From the NCBI RefSeq assembly GCF_003334335.1, contig NZ_QOWQ01000057.1: DNA of 17,995 bases. One strand, 5' to 3'. The DNA comes from Escherichia coli (GTDB lineage Bacteria > Pseudomonadota > Gammaproteobacteria > Enterobacterales > Enterobacteriaceae). Within the stretch, counting starts at the first letter, position 1. The number at the start of each line of letters is the position of its first letter. The translations under genes and the position numbers were made by a program. Below, piece by piece: positions 6,690 through 15,309 of this stretch. The notes beneath the pieces were generated by a model. That model saw only the letters and a program-made list of their open reading frames with translations, ran no database searches and was not told the origin of the DNA.

Positions 6690-9128
6690 ATGGCTATCAA
6701 AAAAACCGAACTCTATTCTTCCCTGTGGGCAAGCTGCGACGAACTGCGTGGCGGGATGGACGCCAGCCAGTACAAAGACTATGTACTGACCCTGCTGTTT
6801 ATGAAGTACGTTTCCGATAAGTATAAAGGCGATCCTTACGGGATGATCGTGATACCCAAAGGAGCCAGCTTTGACGATATGGTTGCGCTGAAAAATGACA
6901 AAGAGATCGGCGACAAAATCAACAAAATCATCCACAAGCTGGCGGAAGAGAACGGCCTGAAGGGCGTCATCGACGAAGCCGACTTTAACGACGAAGATAA
7001 GCTCGGCAAAGGCAAGGAAATGATTGACCGCCTGAGCAAGCTTGTCGGTATCTTTGAAGGGTTAAATCTCTCCAGCAACCGGGCCGAAGGCGACGATCTG
7101 CTGGGCGATGCCTATGAATATCTGATGCGTCACTTCGCAACCGAATCCGGTAAGAGTAAAGGGCAGTTTTACACTCCAGCGGAGGTGTCACGTATTCTGG
7201 CGAAGGTGATTGGTATTACTCCCGATACTCCGCAAGATGCAACGGTTTATGACCCAACCTGTGGCTCTGGTTCGCTGCTGTTGAAAGTGAATGATGAAGC
7301 CCGGCGCGGACTGTCGATTTTCGGCCAGGAGATGGATAACGCTACCAGTGCGCTGGCGCGGATGAACATGATTCTGCATAACAATGCCACCGCGAAAATC
7401 TGGCAGGGCAATACGCTGAGCGATCCGCAGTGGAAAGAGGCGAACGGCAAACTGAAAGCCTTCGATTTTGCCGTGGCGAACCCGCCTTTTTCCAATAAAA
7501 ACTGGACCAACGGGCTGACGCCGAAAAAAGATCCGTTTGAACGCTTCGGCTGGGGTATTCCGCCGGAAAAAAACGGCGATTATGCTTTTTTGTTGCATAT
7601 CATTAAAAGCCTGAAAAGTACCGGCAAAGGCGCGGTGATCCTGCCCCACGGCGTACTGTTTCGCGGTAACGCCGAAGCGAATATCCGTGAAAATCTAATC
7701 AAGCAGGGCTATATCAAAGGCGTTATTGGTTTGCCAGCCAACCTGTTTTACGGCACCGGCATCCCGGCGTGCATCATTGTGATTGATAAAGAGCACGCCC
7801 ACAGCCGCAAAGGCATTTTTATGATCGACGCCAGCCGGGGCTTTATCAAAGATGGCAACAAGAACCGCCTGCGTAGCCGAGATATTCACCGCATTGTGGA
7901 CGTGTTCAACCATCAGCGAACGGTACCTGGCTACAGCCGGATGGTGCCCTCCAGCGAGATCGCCGGAAATGATTACAACCTGAATATTCCTCGCTATATC
8001 GAGAGCGGCGAGCCGGAAGATTTACACGATCTGACCGCGCACTTACAGGGCGGTATTCCGGCACGCGATGTGGATGCTTTGCAAGATTACTGGCGGGTAT
8101 TCCCTGCCCTGCGCAACGTGCTGTTTGCTGACGACCGTCCCGGTTACTGTCGGGCGCAGGTGAACGCGCAACAGGTGAAACCGACCATTCTGGCGCATCA
8201 GGAGTTTAAGGATTTTGCCACCCGCAGCCTGCTACCGTTTAAAGCGTGGGTGAAAGAGGCAAGTCTGGAAGAGATTCGCAAAGGTGATAAACCCAAAGCG
8301 CTAATCCACGATATCAGCGAAATGCTATTGGCGCAGTACGCCAACAGTGAGTTGCTGAACAAATACAGCGTGTACCAGATCCTGATGGATTACTGGACTG
8401 ATGTCATGCAAGACGATGTGTATGCGATTATGCAGGATGGCTGGCAAGCCGCCGCGCAAATCCGCGAGCTTCAGCCGGTGAAAGGCAAAGATGGCAAAAA
8501 CATCTGGAAAGAAACGCACGATTTCGAGTTTACCAAACGGCGCTACAAGGCCGATGTGCTGCCCCGTTCGCTGGTGGAAATTCGCTGTTTCCCGGAACTG
8601 CTGGATGCGCTGAACCGCGCGCAGGAGCGCAGTGAAGAAGCCAGTCGTCAGCTAGTGGAATTCATCGAGGAGCAGGCAGGTGAAGAGGATCTGCTGGCCG
8701 AGGCGAAGAACGATAAAGATAAGGTGACGCAAAAGCTGGTGAATGCCCGTCTAGCACAGTTAAAGAAAACCACTGCCGGCCCAGATGAGCTGGCAGTGCT
8801 GAACCGCTGCCTGGCGCTAATTAAGGCCGAAGCCAGTGCGAAAAAAGCGCTGAAAGCCGCACAAGAAGCGCTGGATCGGGCGGTGTTTAAACATTATCCC
8901 ACGCTGGATGAAGCAGCGATTAAAACGCTGGTAGTGCAGGATAAGTGGCTGGCAACGTTGCAGGCAGGGATCAAGGCGGAGATTGAGCGTATTACCCAGC
9001 AACTGGCGTCGCGCGTAAAGGAGCTGGAAGAGCGTTATGCTGAACCGTTGCTAGCGCTTGAAGCCTCCGTTGAGGCGTTGAGCGAGAAAGTGGCCGAGCA
9101 TTTGCGGGCGATGGGGCTGGAGTGGTGA
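6690..9128 (+). CDS. hsdM: Type I restriction-modification methyltransferase subunit HsdM, unusually long (812 aa)
   Basis: The N-terminus is HsdM_N-like (ELYSSLWASCDELRGGMDASQYKDYVLTLLFMKYVSD). The AdoMet motif is VYDPTCGSGSLLL (about residues 186-198) and the catalytic motif is ANPPF (about residues 263-267). The core ends near NLNIPRYIE (about residue 438). Roughly 365 further residues are rich in predicted coiled coil. Confidence 0.97.
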   Translation: MAIKKTELYSSLWASCDELRGGMDASQYKDYVLTLLFMKYVSDKYKGDPYGMIVIPKGASFDDMVALKNDKEIGDKINKIIHKLAEENGLKGVIDEADFNDEDKLGKGKEMIDRLSKLVGIFEGLNLSSNRAEGDDLLGDAYEYLMRHFATESGKSKGQFYTPAEVSRILAKVIGITPDTPQDATVYDPTCGSGSLLLKVNDEARRGLSIFGQEMDNATSALARMNMILHNNATAKIWQGNTLSDPQWKEANGKLKAFDFAVANPPFSNKNWTNGLTPKKDPFERFGWGIPPEKNGDYAFLLHIIKSLKSTGKGAVILPHGVLFRGNAEANIRENLIKQGYIKGVIGLPANLFYGTGIPACIIVIDKEHAHSRKGIFMIDASRGFIKDGNKNRLRSRDIHRIVDVFNHQRTVPGYSRMVPSSEIAGNDYNLNIPRYIESGEPEDLHDLTAHLQGGIPARDVDALQDYWRVFPALRNVLFADDRPGYCRAQVNAQQVKPTILAHQEFKDFATRSLLPFKAWVKEASLEEIRKGDKPKALIHDISEMLLAQYANSELLNKYSVYQILMDYWTDVMQDDVYAIMQDGWQAAAQIRELQPVKGKDGKNIWKETHDFEFTKRRYKADVLPRSLVEIRCFPELLDALNRAQERSEEASRQLVEFIEEQAGEEDLLAEAKNDKDKVTQKLVNARLAQLKKTTAGPDELAVLNRCLALIKAEASAKKALKAAQEALDRAVFKHYPTLDEAAIKTLVVQDKWLATLQAGIKAEIERITQQLASRVKELEERYAEPLLALEASVEALSEKVAEHLRAMGLEW

Positions 9129-10462
9129 TGGTGGATTTAATGGTGAATGAGCAACGGTCGAGTACGGCGGGGAAAGATGTGCCTGCGGGGTATAAACTGA
9201 CTGAGGTGGGCGTGATTCCTGAGGATTGGGATTGCGTACCATTTGGTAATCTGTTTAAAACAAACACAAAGAAAAAAAAAGTCAGCGATTATGAGCTAGT
9301 TTCATTTATTGGGATGCAGGATGTTAGTGAAGATGCACAATTAAAAAATAATACTCAACTTCCTTTTAAAGAAGTTAAAAGTGGTTTTACTTACTTTGAA
9401 AAAGGGGATGTTTTATTAGCTAAAATAACCCCTTGTTTTGAAAATGGAAAAGGATGTCATACCGCTGATTTACCTACTAATGTAGGTTTTGGGAGTACGG
9501 AATTTCATGTATTAAGGGAAAATGAAGACTCCGATTCTCGCTTCATCTATTTTTGGACAACTGATAAAAAATTCAGAGCATCACTGGAATCTGAAATGGT
9601 GGGAAGTGCGGGACACCGTCGTGTGCCGCTAGTTGCTATAGAAAAATATTTGATTCCATGTCCCCCAAATTTGCAAGAGCAAAGTGCTATTGCTGATTCA
9701 TTATCTGATATTAATAATTTTATTCTAGCTCTAGAAAAGCTTATCGTTAAAAAACAAGCCATTAAAACCGCTACTATGCAGCGACTACTGACTGGTAAAA
9801 CCCGTTTGCCACAGTTTGCGTTGCGCAAAGATGGCTCTGCTAAGGGATATAAAAAGAGCGAGTTGGGGGAGATTCCTGAAGATTGGAATTGTATTAATCT
9901 TGGTGAGCTAGGTAATTGCATTATTGGGTTAACTTACAAACCTGAAGATACATCTGATTATGGTACATTGGTATTACGCTCATCCAACATTCAAAATAAT
10001 CACTTAGCTTATGATGATAACGTCTTCGTCAGCATAGAACCACCTGAACGCACAATTGTGAAAGAAGGTGATATCTTGGTATGTGTAAGAAATGGCAGTC
10101 GCCAACTTATTGGCAAATGCGCATTAATTGACAAAAATGCGCAGGGCTCAGCATTCGGTGCATTTATGTCAGTATTCCGAACTGATATATATGGATTTAC
10201 ATTTCACCAATTCCAGTCTGATATTATTCAAAAGCAAATCGCTGAAGTTATGGGTGCCACTATCAATCAGATAACTAACAAAGATATGTTGGGCTTTAAA
10301 ATCCCATTACCTGAAAATACAGAAGAACAAGCCGCCATCGCCGCCATCCTCTCCGATATGGACAAGGAAATCCAGATCCTGCAACAGCGTCTGGACAAAA
10401 CCCGCCAGCTTAAGCAAGGGATGATGCAGGAACTGTTAACCGGGAAAATCCGCTTAATATAG
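9128..10462 (+). CDS. hsdS: Type I R-M specificity subunit HsdS with two target-recognition domains
   Basis: The ATG at 9128 overlaps the hsdM TGA as TGATG. The track ORF starts at the GTG at 9122. TRD entry motifs are duplicated (GVIPEDWDCVPFGNL and GEIPEDWNCINLGEL). Conserved helical spacers are also duplicated (QSAIADSLSDINNFILALEKLIVKKQAIKTATMQRLLTGKTRLP and QAAIAAILSDMDKEIQILQQRLDKTRQLKQGMMQELLTGKIRLI). Confidence 0.95.
   Translation: MVDLMVNEQRSSTAGKDVPAGYKLTEVGVIPEDWDCVPFGNLFKTNTKKKKVSDYELVSFIGMQDVSEDAQLKNNTQLPFKEVKSGFTYFEKGDVLLAKITPCFENGKGCHTADLPTNVGFGSTEFHVLRENEDSDSRFIYFWTTDKKFRASLESEMVGSAGHRRVPLVAIEKYLIPCPPNLQEQSAIADSLSDINNFILALEKLIVKKQAIKTATMQRLLTGKTRLPQFALRKDGSAKGYKKSELGEIPEDWNCINLGELGNCIIGLTYKPEDTSDYGTLVLRSSNIQNNHLAYDDNVFVSIEPPERTIVKEGDILVCVRNGSRQLIGKCALIDKNAQGSAFGAFMSVFRTDIYGFTFHQFQSDIIQKQIAEVMGATINQITNKDMLGFKIPLPENTEEQAAIAAILSDMDKEIQILQQRLDKTRQLKQGMMQELLTGKIRLI
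9272..9280 (+). repeat. A9 homopolymer inside hsdS TRD1 (encodes part of TKKKKV)
   Basis: The read gaaaaaaaaag gives nine consecutive A residues at 9272-9280, inside the hsdS coding frame. Confidence 0.9.
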
Positions 10463-10474
10463 AAGGGAAAGCAC

Positions 10475-11131
10475 ATGGCTTATGATTACAGCGCCAGCCT
10501 CAACCCGCAAAAAGCTCTGATCTGGCGTATCGTCCATCGGGACAATATCCCGTGGATTCTGGATAACGGGCTGCACTGCGGCAACAGTCTGGTGCAGGCG
10601 GAAAACTGGATCAATATCGGCAACCCGGAGCTGATCGGCAAGCGTGCCGGGCATCCGGTACCTGTCGGAACGGGCGGGACACTGCATGACTATGTGCCGT
10701 TTTATTTTACCCCCTTCTCGCCAATGCTGATGAACATCCACAGCGGGCGCGGCGGCATTAAGCAACGCCCCAATGAGGAGATCGTTATTCTGGTCAGCAA
10801 CTTGCGAAACGTGGCAGCACACGACGTACCCTTCGTGTTTACCGACAGCCATGCTTACTATAACTGGACCAACTACTACACCAGTCTGGATAGTCTGGAC
10901 CAGATCGACTGGCCCATTTTGCAGGCACGGGACTTTCGCCGCGATCCAGACGATCCGGCTAAATTTGAACGCTATCAGGCAGAGGCGCTAATCTGGCAAC
11001 ACTGCCCGATCTCTCTGCTGGATGGGATAATTTGTTACAGCGAAGAGGTCAGGTTACAATTAGAACAATGGCTGTTTCAGCGTAATCTAACAATGTCCGT
11101 TCACACACGGGCTGGATGGTACTTCTCATGA
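10475..11131 (+). CDS. darT: DarT (DUF4433) ssDNA thymidine ADP-ribosyltransferase toxin, 218 aa
   Basis: Motifs typical of DUF4433/DarT are [17 protein letters not shown] near the N-terminus, [13 protein letters not shown], and the putative catalytic Glu in RYQAEALIW. The gene is followed by a macrodomain gene with an ATGA overlap. An AAGGGA Shine-Dalgarno sequence lies upstream, and the start is 12 nt after the hsdS stop. Confidence 0.9.
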
Positions 11132-12195
11132 TCACATATACACAAGGCAATTTACTGGACGCACCGGTGGAAGCTCTGGTGAATACGGTTAATACCGTCG
11201 GTGTCATGGGGAAAGGCATCGCGTTGATGTTTAAAGAGCGCTTCCCCGAAAATATGAAAGTCTATGCCCTCGCCTGCAAACAAAAGCAGGTGATCACCGG
11301 CAAAATGTTCATTACCGAAACCGGGGAACTGATGGGACCGCGCTGGATTGTTAATTTTCCGACCAAACAGCACTGGCGCGCTGATTCCCGCATGGAGTGG
11401 ATTGAAGATGGCTTGCAGGACTTACGCCGCTTTTTGATTGAAGAGAACGTGCAGTCCATCGCCATTCCACCACTGGGCGCAGGCAACGGTGGTTTGAACT
11501 GGCCGGACGTTCGGGCGCAGATTGAATCTGCCCTTGGCGACCTTCAGGACGTTGATATCCTGATTTACCAACCGACTGAAAAATACCAGAACGTTGCCAA
11601 AAGCACTGGCGTAAAAAAGCTCACTCCCGCCAGAGCCGCCATCGCTGAACTGGTGCGTCGCTACTGGGTATTGGGGATGGAGTGCAGCCTACTGGAAATC
11701 CAGAAACTGGCCTGGCTGTTACAACGCGCCATTGAGCAGCATCAACAGGACGATATCCTCAAACTGCGGTTTGAAGCTCACTATTATGGCCCCTATGCGC
11801 CCAATCTGAACCATCTGCTTAATGCGCTGGACGGCACCTATCTTAAAGCCGAGAAACGCATCCCGGACAGCCAACCGCTGGATGTGATCTGGTTTAACGA
11901 TCAGAAAAAAGAACACGTTAATGCGTATCTGAACAACGAAGCCAGAGAGTGGCTACCTGCGCTGGAGCAGGTCAGCCAGTTAATTGACGGCTTTGAATCG
12001 CCGTTTGGTCTGGAGTTGCTGGCAACCGTAGACTGGTTGCTGAGCCGTGGCGAATGTCAACCAACGCTGGATTCCGTTAAGGAAGGGCTGCACCAGTGGC
12101 CTGCGGGCGAACGCTGGGCCAGCCGTAAGTTGAGGCTGTTTGATAATAATAATCTGCAATTTGCCATTAACCGCGTAATGGAGTTCCATTGCTGA
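11128..12195 (+). CDS. darG: DarG antitoxin: N-terminal macrodomain (ADP-ribosyl-DNA glycohydrolase) plus C-terminal DarT-binding-type domain, 355 aa
   Basis: The start [40 protein letters not shown] is a canonical macrodomain beginning. NFPTKQHWR and [13 protein letters not shown] are also macrodomain-like. The ATG at 11128 overlaps the darT TGA (ATGA). The track ORF starts 12 nt earlier, at 11116. Confidence 0.92.
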
Positions 12196-12213
12196 GGGTT
12201 TAAGGAGCGCCTT

Positions 12214-15200
12214 TTGAGTACCGTGGGCCAGCGCGAACGCGCCACACAGCAGCGTCTGATTCAGTTTTTTGTTGAAGATTTAGGTTACCGCCATCTGAGT
12301 CACCGCACCGGGTACACCGGGAACAGCAACATCGACACTAATATACTGAGCGCGTGGCTAAAACGGCGCGGCGTTAATGATACGTTGATCACCCGGGCGT
12401 TGCGGCAACTGGATTCCGCCGCCGCTCTGGGCGAAGGCAAAAAACTCTATTACGCCAATAAAGAGGTCTATCGCCTGCTGCGTTACGGCGTGAAAGACAA
12501 AGAAGGCGCAGGCGAGCAGAACCAAACCGTGTGGCTGATTGACTGGGCCAACCCACAAGCCAATGATTTCGCCATCGCCGATGAGGTGACGGTCAAAGGC
12601 GAGTACTGCAAGCGCCCGGATCTGGTGCTGTACGTTAACGGCATTGCGCTGGGCGTGATTGAACTTAAGCGTTCGTCAGTGCACGTCAGCGAAGGCATCC
12701 GGCAGAATCTCGATAATCAAAAGAAAACCTTTATCCGCGATTTCTTCACCACTATGCAGTTAGTGATGGCGGGCAACGATACGCAGGGCCTGCGCTACGG
12801 CACCATCGAAACCCCGGAAAAATACTATCTGGAGTGGAAAGAAGATAATCCAGGCGACTATACACATAAACTCGACTTTCATTTAAGTCGTCTGTGTAGC
12901 AAATCCAGGCTGTTGGATATCGTCCATAATTACATTGCCTTTGATGTCGGGGTGAAAAAACTCTGCCGCCATAATCAGTTCTTCGGCGTCGAGGCGGCTA
13001 AACAACATATTGCCCGTCGTGAAGGCGGTATTATCTGGCACACACAGGGATCGGGTAAAAGCCTGACGATGGTCTGGCTGGCGAAGTGGATCCGTGAAAA
13101 TGTGCCAAACTCCCGCGTGTTGATTGTGACTGACCGCACCGAACTGGATGAACAGATCGAAAGCGTGTTTATGGGCGTGAATGAAGATATTTATCGCACC
13201 TCCAGCGGCAACGATCTTATCGCAACGCTCAATCATCCTAACCCGTGGCTCATTTGCTCGCTGGTGCATAAATTTGGTCGTCGCAGCGAAGCTGAAGACA
13301 ATGCGGCTACCGACGCCTTTATCACCGAATTACAGCAGTCCCTGACGAAAACATTCCGCGCCAAAGGCGATCTGTTTGTTTTTGTGGACGAGTGCCACCG
13401 CACACAATCCGGCAAGTTGCATAACGCCATGACTGCCATTCTGCCGGACGCCCTGTTTATCGGTTTTACCGGCACACCGCTGATGAAGAAAGATAAGAAG
13501 AAGTCGGTTGAGGTGTTCGGCCCTTATATCCATACCTATAAATTTGATGAAGCGGTGGCCGACGGTGTGGTGCTGGATCTGCGCTACGAGGCACGCGATA
13601 TTGACCAGTATCTGACATCAGAGAAAAAGGTCGATGACTGGTTTGAAGCCAAGACTCGCGGTTTGTCGAATTTAGCCAGGACCCAGCTTAAGCAAAAGTG
13701 GGGATCAATGCAGAAGCTGCTCTCCAGCAAGTCGCGGCTGGAGCAGATCGTTAACGACATTTTGCTGGATATGGATACCCGTCCACGCCTGATGGACGGG
13801 CGCGGCAACGCCATGCTGGTATGCAGCAGTATCTATCAAGCCTGCAAGGTTTACGAGATGTTCAGCCAGACCGAGCTGGCAGGAAAAGTAGCGATTGTGA
13901 CCAGCTATCGCCCCGATGCCGCCAGCATCAAAGGCGAAGAAACGGGCGAAGGGTTAACGGAGAAACTCTCTAAACACGCCACCTATCGTAAAATGTTGGC
14001 TGACTATTTTGAACAAAGTGAAGAGAAGGCCGCCGCACGCATTACCGAGTTCGAGCGGGAAGTGAAACAGCGTTTTATTGAAGAGCCGGGGCAAATGCGC
14101 CTGCTTATCGTGGTGGATAAGCTGCTGACTGGCTTTGACGCGCCGTCCGCCACCTATCTCTACATTGATAAAACCATGACCGACCATACGCTGTTTCAGG
14201 CGATTTGTCGGGTGAACCGGCTGGACGGTGAGGATAAAGAGTATGGCTATATTATCGATTATAAAGATCTGTTCCGTTCGCTGGATAAAGCGATTACCGA
14301 TTACACCACGGGCGCGTTTGATGATTACGATCGGGACGATGTGGCCGGGTTGCTGAAAGACAGGCTGGAGCAGGCGCAACTGGATCTCGACAGCGCGCTG
14401 GAGATGGTTCGCAGCTTATGTGAACCCGTCAAAACCCCGCGCAGCCTGCTGGACTATCAGCACTATTTTTGCGGTGAATCAGGAGAGAATCAGACTTCGT
14501 TAAACGAAAAAGAGGCGCTGCGCCTGACATTTTACCAGTGCGTCGCCCGTCTGCTACGCGCTTATGCCAGCATCGCCAATGAAATGCCGGAAGCAGGCTA
14601 CACTGCCGAAGAGGTAGAGAGCATTCGCGCCGAAGTCGCTGAATTCGAAAAACTGCGCTATGAGATTAAGCTGACCAGCGGCGATCTTCTGGATATGAAG
14701 CGCTTTGAACCCGCTATGCGTCATTTACTGGATATGTATGTTCGCGCCGATGGTAGCGAAGTGCTGATGGATTTTGAAGAGTTAAGTCTGATTGAACTGA
14801 TTGTCGAGAAAGGCTTGGCGGCGACCGTCGCCCTGCCGGATGATATCCGTAATAATCAGGATGCGATGGCGGAAACCATCGAAAACAACGTGCGCAAAAC
14901 CATCGTGGATGAAAACCCGGTTAACCCAAAATACTATGGACGCATGTCGCAGCTGCTGGATGAACTGATTACCCTTCGCCGACAAAATGCGCTCAATTAT
15001 CAGCAGTATCTGGAACGTATCCGCGATTTGTGTAAACAGGTCATCCGCCCGGAGCAAACCGCCGGAGCGTGCTACCCTGCCACCATGGATACACAAGCAA
15101 AGCGCGCCTTCTATGATAACTTCGGCCACGACGAGGTACTGGCGACCCGCATAGATACGACGATTCGCTATACCAAAAGGGCAGAGTGGATTGGCGATCG

Positions 15201-15309
15201 TTTTAAAGAACGGGAAATTGCCAACGCATTACGTGAAGAGACCGCCAGCTATAATATTGATATTGATGAGGTGATAGCGCTTGCCCGTCAGCAGAAGGAA
15301 TATCACTGA
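12214..15309 (+). CDS. hsdR: Type I R-M restriction/translocase subunit HsdR, 1031 aa, TTG start
   Basis: The N-terminal PD-(D/E)xK nuclease motif is RPDLVLYVNGIALGVIELKRS. SF2 helicase motif I is HTQGSGKSLTM and motif II is FVFVDECHRTQ. The following FIGFTGTPL and LTGFDAP/QAICRVNR motifs are present. The TTG at 12214 lies 6 nt after the strong Shine-Dalgarno sequence AAGGAG (12202-12207). Confidence 0.96.
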   Translation: MSTVGQRERATQQRLIQFFVEDLGYRHLSHRTGYTGNSNIDTNILSAWLKRRGVNDTLITRALRQLDSAAALGEGKKLYYANKEVYRLLRYGVKDKEGAGEQNQTVWLIDWANPQANDFAIADEVTVKGEYCKRPDLVLYVNGIALGVIELKRSSVHVSEGIRQNLDNQKKTFIRDFFTTMQLVMAGNDTQGLRYGTIETPEKYYLEWKEDNPGDYTHKLDFHLSRLCSKSRLLDIVHNYIAFDVGVKKLCRHNQFFGVEAAKQHIARREGGIIWHTQGSGKSLTMVWLAKWIRENVPNSRVLIVTDRTELDEQIESVFMGVNEDIYRTSSGNDLIATLNHPNPWLICSLVHKFGRRSEAEDNAATDAFITELQQSLTKTFRAKGDLFVFVDECHRTQSGKLHNAMTAILPDALFIGFTGTPLMKKDKKKSVEVFGPYIHTYKFDEAVADGVVLDLRYEARDIDQYLTSEKKVDDWFEAKTRGLSNLARTQLKQKWGSMQKLLSSKSRLEQIVNDILLDMDTRPRLMDGRGNAMLVCSSIYQACKVYEMFSQTELAGKVAIVTSYRPDAASIKGEETGEGLTEKLSKHATYRKMLADYFEQSEEKAAARITEFEREVKQRFIEEPGQMRLLIVVDKLLTGFDAPSATYLYIDKTMTDHTLFQAICRVNRLDGEDKEYGYIIDYKDLFRSLDKAITDYTTGAFDDYDRDDVAGLLKDRLEQAQLDLDSALEMVRSLCEPVKTPRSLLDYQHYFCGESGENQTSLNEKEALRLTFYQCVARLLRAYASIANEMPEAGYTAEEVESIRAEVAEFEKLRYEIKLTSGDLLDMKRFEPAMRHLLDMYVRADGSEVLMDFEELSLIELIVEKGLAATVALPDDIRNNQDAMAETIENNVRKTIVDENPVNPKYYGRMSQLLDELITLRRQNALNYQQYLERIRDLCKQVIRPEQTAGACYPATMDTQAKRAFYDNFGHDEVLATRIDTTIRYTKRAEWIGDRFKEREIANALREETASYNIDIDEVIALARQQKEYH

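Noticed and set aside
6687-9267. Numerous minus-strand ORFs inside hsdM (6687..6935, 7188..7649 at 153 aa, 7247..7510, 7695..7913, 8325..8519, 8817..9002, 8992..9267)
   Set aside because: All are antisense to the well-supported hsdM gene. They have biased, motif-free translations.
9547-10852. Minus-strand ORFs 9547..9921, 10267..10476 and 10454..10852, and plus-strand 10773..10991
   Set aside because: They overlap hsdS or darT on the opposite strand or in another frame. They have no motifs and no ribosome-binding sites.
11116-11127. An earlier ATG (11116) as the darG start, the GTG at 9122 as the hsdS start, and the TTG at 6345 as the small-ORF start
   Set aside because: In each case a downstream ATG gives the typical family N-terminus or the classic stop/start overlap (ATGA or TGATG). 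The upstream alternatives add only a few residues that do not look conserved. They remain possible.
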